A stretch of 64,000 nt of DNA from the human T2T-CHM13v2.0 reference genome, Homo sapiens. Below are positions 58,404-64,000 of the stretch, piece after piece; within the stretch, counting starts at the first letter, position 1, and every line of letters begins with the position of its first letter. The stretch is from assembly GCF_009914755.1 (NCBI RefSeq), contig NC_060932.1. One strand, 5' to 3'. Below the pieces are notes generated by a model. The model saw nothing but the letters and a program-made list of their open reading frames with translations, was not told where the DNA came from and did no database searches. The translations under genes and the position numbers were made by a program.

Positions 58404-59133
58404 AGGGCTGCCTTTACTAATGTAAGCAAAGACGTCATGCTGGTGGGACCCACTCTCACAGGTATATTACTACTGGTTGTGGGCAACAACTCTCTAGTTC
58501 CCAGCTCCTCCATTTAGGAGACAGACGTAGGTTAAAAAGCTTTTTTTTTTTGTCGTCCCAAGTACATAGTCTCTGGAGAGAGAATCTAGCCAGCCCAGCA
58601 TGATCAGGTTTCCATTCCCGATTGACTGGCTTATGTTCCAAGAAAGGCTAATCTGGTAGAAGCACAGCTGCAGAGGACTCACCTGGTATGGGGAAGAAGA
58701 CACGTTCAAAAAAGGAGATCACTTATGAGGCAGGCAGTTAACTGAAAAGGTATACTTGATTGCTCAAAGAGCTAAATTTAGACTATGCGAGATAGTTTAA
58801 AATTCAAAATGTCTCTTACATGCTGTCAGTGGAATAAGCACATGGGGGAAAAAGTGGTTATATCTGACTGGTGTGTTCTAGAAAAGCGTCACAGAAGAGA
58901 TACAATTTTTATAGACATTGTGGAGAAAGAGGCAGCCCAGATGGGCAGAAAGATTACAATAAATGAAGACATAGAGGTAAGAATGGGGACTCTTTCAGGT
59001 TGATTGGACTACACAATTTAGAATGCAGTGGTAGATAAATCTGGGGCCAGACTATGGAGATTTCTGAAATTCAGGCTGGGAGAAAAGACTCCTAGAAAAG
59101 GTATGTTTTTTGAGCAAGAGAAATATATAATCT

Positions 59134-59567
59134 CTCTCTCTCTTTTTTCTTTTCTTCCTTTCTTTCCTTTATTTCCCTTTCTTTCTTCCTTTCTTTGTTT
59201 CTTTCTCTCTTCCTTCCTTCCTTCTTTCTTTTCTTTTCTTTTCTTTCTTTTCTTTTCTTCCTTTCTTTCTCTTTTTTGGCAGAGTCTCTCTCACTCTGTC
59301 ACCCAGGCTGGAGTACAGTGGCACAATCACAGCTCACCACAGCCTTGACCTCCCAGGCTCAGGTGATCCTCTACCTTACCACCTCCACCTCAGCCTCCTG
59401 AGTAGCTAGGACTACAGGCGCCCGCCACCACGCCTGGCTAATTTCCATATTTTTTTTGTAGAGACGGGGTTTCGCCATGTTGCCTGGCTGGTCTTGAACT
59501 CCTGGGCTCAAGCTATCTGCCCACCTTGGCCTCCCAAAGTATGAGGATACAGGTGCAAGCCACCGCA
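59134..59567 (-). mobile_element. AluJ with an expanded ~145-bp CT-rich tail
   Basis: TSD AGAAATATATAATCT at ~59118-59132 and ~59573-59587. Confidence 0.9.
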
Positions 59568-59919
59568 TGTGTAGAAATATATAATCTGACTTGTATTTTA
59601 GGAAGATGGATCTTTTCTAACGTATAAAGTAATAAAAGTGACAGATTCTGAAAGTGGATGAGTAGATCAAGCAAGAGACAAGACAGGGTCTAATCTAGGT
59701 TGGTGGCAGTAAGAATAATAATAAAGAAATTGAAGGCATTTTTGAGGACTATGGGGATTTCAAGCAGCATGCCAGAGGCAAGGAGAGAGCTACTTGGATT
59801 AGGAAGCATATTCTCAGGGTTCTGGCTGCATTCGAGTATGGTAAAGTCAATCTTCTATAACAAGTTACTTTTTAAAGTGCCCTATTGAATTTGTGTATTT
59901 TACTAGATTCATTCCAACA

Positions 59920-60700
59920 GTCATTCACTCAACAAACATTTATTGAGTGCCTAATTTGATCAGACTTTTATAGTAGGAGGTGGTTCAGATAAGATGAGTA
60001 AGATTAGTCTCTTCTAATGAGGATACAGACAGGAAAACAATGAATGAGAAGACACCATAAAAAAGCCAGATTACCTCATAGGGCTGCTGGGAAGATTAAA
60101 TGAGATCACGTCTGTAAAATGCTTAGTTAGGCACAGTGCCTGGTACCTAGTAAGCGCTCAGTAAATAGTAGTTATTATTCCATACAAAATCCTGTGAGAG
60201 CAAAAAGAAGTGATGAACTGTCTTAGGATATTGAGGACAGCTTCAGTGAGGAAGTGAGATAATTAACCAGGCAGAGACAAATATGGACATTCTAGATGGA
60301 AGAACTTGCATGAGGAAAAGCATGGTGTGTTCTGACAACACAAAGTATGGCCTGTATAGAGTATGGGAGGGGCATTTAGGAGAGGCACGTATAAGACTAG
60401 CAAGGTAAGTTGGGCCTAGATTTCAGAGGACCTCGAATGTGAAGCAAAGTTTAGACTTTGTATTTTAGGCAATCAGAAGCAATGACTAGTTTTCCAGCAG
60501 AGAGGGTATGAGCAGATTGCTTATTAGGAAAATCACCCAGGGTAGTCTGGAGGATGGATTAGGGGTGAGAGGTGAGAAATAGGTCAGAGGCAAAACAATC
60601 ATTAAGCTGCTTAAATTGTTCGGACAAGTCAAGTGAGGTAAGGTTCTTCATGAATCAAGATGGTTGCAGTAGGAATGGAGTGGCAGAAAAAAATGATAAA
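59920..60700 (-). mobile_element. L2 relic with an inserted MIR (+, ~60060-60180)
   Basis: TCATTCACTCAACAAACATTTATTGAGTGCCTA (L2 end) and ACCTCATAGGGCTGCTGGGAAGATTAAATGAGAT (MIR). Confidence 0.7.
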
Positions 60701-61279
60701 GCTCTAAAAGTTTATGAGATCATGTTTTAAAATTTTTTATCTAATTCAAAATGTATTGCATTTTTACCAGCTCACTATTATAATATCAATCTCTTCTAAA
60801 ACACAGGAAAGATCTTACTTTAGGGAAAAACCAAACCAAAACAAACCTTCACAAATATAACATCCATTATAACATTTTGGGTTAGATTACTTGCCTACAT
60901 AGTGTGCAAAAGTAATTTCATGTAAACATTTTAATGAGTTGTTTCCATTTTGTGTATTCTTGACAATGTTACTTATATATTTCAAGATTATGGAATAGAT
61001 GCAGCAAAATCTAAGTATTCTGGTGCTCTGATGAAGAATATCTTTTTCTTACTGGATTACATGATAACTGCACAGATGACCTAGACACAGGTTGCACATG
61101 GAGACACCAGCAGCTTTCCAGGTTGACAACTAACTAAGGCTTACCTTCCTGGCCCCTGGAAAAGATTACGGGGTAATTGCCAGAACTACCAGAGGTCTTA
61201 TTAATGTAATTATGTGTATGGTAATGCCCATTCATTAAAAACCCAATTAACTAGAAATTTCATATAATAAGACCTTTTT

Positions 61280-61578
61280 GACTGAGTGCAGTGGCTCATA
61301 CCTGCAATTCCAGCACTTTGGGAGGCCGAGGTGGGTGAATCACTAGAGGCCAGGAGTTTGAGACCAGCCTGGCCAACATGGTGAAACTCCATCTCTACTA
61401 CAAATATTAGCCAGGCATGGTGCACACCTGTAATCCCAGCTATTTGGGAGGCTGAGGCAGGAGAATTGCTTGAATCCAGGAGGCAGAGGTTGCAGTTAGC
61501 CGAGACTGTGCCACTGTATTTCAGCCTGGGCTACAGAGCGAGACTCTGTCTCAAAAAAAGAAAGAAAGAAAAAAAAGA
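61280..61578 (+). mobile_element. AluS
   Basis: Dimeric Alu with TSD AAGACCTTTTT. Confidence 0.92.
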
Positions 61579-63330
61579 AGACCTTTTTTATAGTCCTATG
61601 TATAACTCATCCTCATAATGAAAGCACTTGTCAAAACTGTAAAATCTTGTATTTTATTTTAAAACAAACCAGAAACATATTTTATTTTTTAAATTATTTT
61701 TGTTGTCTTTTTAAAATTAAACTTTTTATGTTGAGATAATTAGAGATTCATATTCAGTTGTAAGAAATAATACAGAGAAATCCTTTGTACCCTTTGCCCA
61801 GTCTCCCCTAATGGCAGTAGCTTGCAAAAGTATAATATAACAACCAGGATATGGCTATTGACATAGGGTAGGCTATTTCTGGGTTCTTTATTCTATTCCG
61901 TCAAACTACCCACATTTTCCTCCATCAATAGCACACCATTCGATTACTATAGCTGTATAATAGGTCTTAACATTGAGATAGAGTGATTCCTCTCACTTTA
62001 TGTTTTTTTTCAAAAATTTTTTAGGTATTGTAGAGTCTCATTTTAGTGCCTTTTATATTTGACTTATTTGAAAAATTTGAAATCCAGGTATATAATATAT
62101 GGCAATTCCTATAAGCCACAATATTTAATTATTATAATCTCATTACTCAGAATTCTGAATAAACAGGATTTTACTTTTAGACCTTTCTTTTATGGTAGTA
62201 TTACCATAAGCTAGATTACAAAAGCAAGTAATGGGATCTTCTCTGTCAGTATTTGAAAAACATCTATTCCCATTTAGATATGCCATGAATATCTCAGGTC
62301 TCATAACTCTAAGATATTCATCCTTTAAAATAATTTTAAATGCTAAAAGTTGTAATATGTTAAACCAATAGGGTGTTCCATAAAATGTTCTGTTTTATCG
62401 ACCTTTAGCCATATTTACCTACCTATAACCTTTATAAAGCAATAAATAACTGCAAGCACAGAACATGAACAACAAATCCCAAGACCAGCTTATTGAAATG
62501 TAACTTTGTCTTTAAAGAATCTGCTGTGCCATTTACCTTTTGAAAATAAAGGCCAAAAAGGACAAACAAAGCTTCAGAAATGGAAGCTCTGATATTAAAG
62601 GTACTTGAGTGTGGCGGATATATCTTTATTCATGAGAATGCATGTTTTCACTGGTGGTGCTCTTTTGTAATTGCCTGATTTAATAAATGGGTCAGAATAC
62701 CTGAGATAAATCTGCAAACTGTTGAATACACTTGCCAATTACTGAATTTTAAAACAATTGGCATCGTAAAATTTTATGCAACCTTCTTTGATATGTGGTA
62801 CAGCTAATTTCTTTTTGAGGTACGAGGACTTTTTATTTTCTCCCAGACAATTGATTAAAATATTTGTAGTGTCTTTAAATAATGAAACAGCCTTTTAACA
62901 CAGTGATCTTTTATTGCTGAAAAATGAGAAATCTAACCCTATCAGAAATCACTGCAGCTTATAATCAAAAGAAACAATATAAAACAAAAATATCCTCGCC
63001 ATACTTGGCAATGCTTCCTCTATTTAGCTAATGAAATCTTTAAGCAAAAAGAGGTTTTTTAATTTTAATTTTTATCAGCTTTATTGAAGTATAATTGACA
63101 TAAAACAAACAGCATATATTTAAGTGCATAAAAATATATAATAGTCCATAGTAATATATTGTACATTTAAAAGTTTGCTAAGAGGGTAGGTCTCATGTTG
63201 TGCTCTTACCACAATAAAGTAAAAAAAAGTGTATAGGTTTTGATGTATGCATACCCCTGTAAAACCATCACCACAAGCTAGATGATAAACATGTCCATTA
63301 CCTCCAAAAGTTTCCTCATGCTTCTTTTTA

Positions 63331-63626
63331 TTCGTTTATTTAAATTTCAGATTCAGGGGGTACATGTGCAGGTTTGTTACATGGGTATATTGTGTGATGC
63401 TGAGGTTTGGGCTTCTAATGAGCTAGTCACCCAAGTAATGAGCATAGTACTCAATAGGTAATTTTTCAACCCTTCCCCCACTCCTACCCTCCCCACTTTT
63501 GGAATCTCCAAAGTTTATTGTTCTCATTTTTGTGTCCATGTGTACTCACCGTTTAGCTCTTACTTACAAGTCAGAATATGTGGTATCTGGTTTTCTATTT
63601 CTGTATTAATTTCGCTTTGGATAATG
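63331..63626 (-). mobile_element. 5'-truncated L1PA15/16-like 3' end nested in an older L1M (~63055-64000)
   Basis: GGGGGTACATGTGCAGGTTTGTTACATGGG. TSD CTCATGC(T/C)TCTTTTT at ~63315-63329 and ~63627-63641. Confidence 0.82.
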
Positions 63627-64000
63627 CTCATGCCTCTTTTTAATTCTTCCTACTTCCCCTTCCCCAGCGCAGGTAACCACTGATCTGCTTTCTGTCACTA
63701 TATATTAGTTTGCATTTTCTAAAATTTTATATAAATGAAATTATGCACAGAGTATTTACTCTTTTATTGTTTGGCTTTTTTTTTTTTTTTTTACTTTTTT
63801 ATTCTGGGATTCATTCATGTTGCTGTATGTATCCATTACTTTTCATTCCTGAAGAATGGATGTACTACATTTGCTGATCCACTCTCCTGCTGATGGCGCA
63901 TTTGCATAATTTCCAGTTTTTGGCTATTACAAATAAAAGTGCTGTAAATAGTTGTATACAAATTTTTCTATGGTTCCATTCAAACATATGTTTTCACTTT

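Overview
Primate (almost certainly human) genomic DNA containing the 5' end of EIF3E (eIF3e/INT6) on the minus strand. It holds coding exons 1-3 (9108-9197, 2296-2410, 456-573), a CpG-island promoter with a 5'TOP tract, a TISU/YY1-like start context and NRF1, GC-box and CCAAT motifs. About 54 kb of repeat-dense upstream DNA follows (roughly 28 Alu pieces, old L1/L2/MIR, MaLR LTRs, Tigger/hAT DNA-transposon relics). No other protein-coding gene is recognisable; most ORF-track entries are Alu, L1 or low-complexity artefacts. The most notable observations are: (1) a 102-bp inverted copy of nearby unique DNA inserted inside an Alu (38834-38935 vs 39425-39526); (2) a tailed, TSD-flanked retrocopy of the 28S rRNA GTPase-associated-centre domain (52821-52891); (3) a tailless, TSD-flanked U6 5' fragment (30987-31015); (4) a fully open, phase-0/0, 177-nt exon-like segment 19.5 kb upstream (28714-28890, minus strand) that could splice in frame to EIF3E; (5) AG|GT recursive-splice-like sites. 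Gene and repeat identities come from recall of the sequences, not from searches. Repeat boundaries and subfamily names are approximate.
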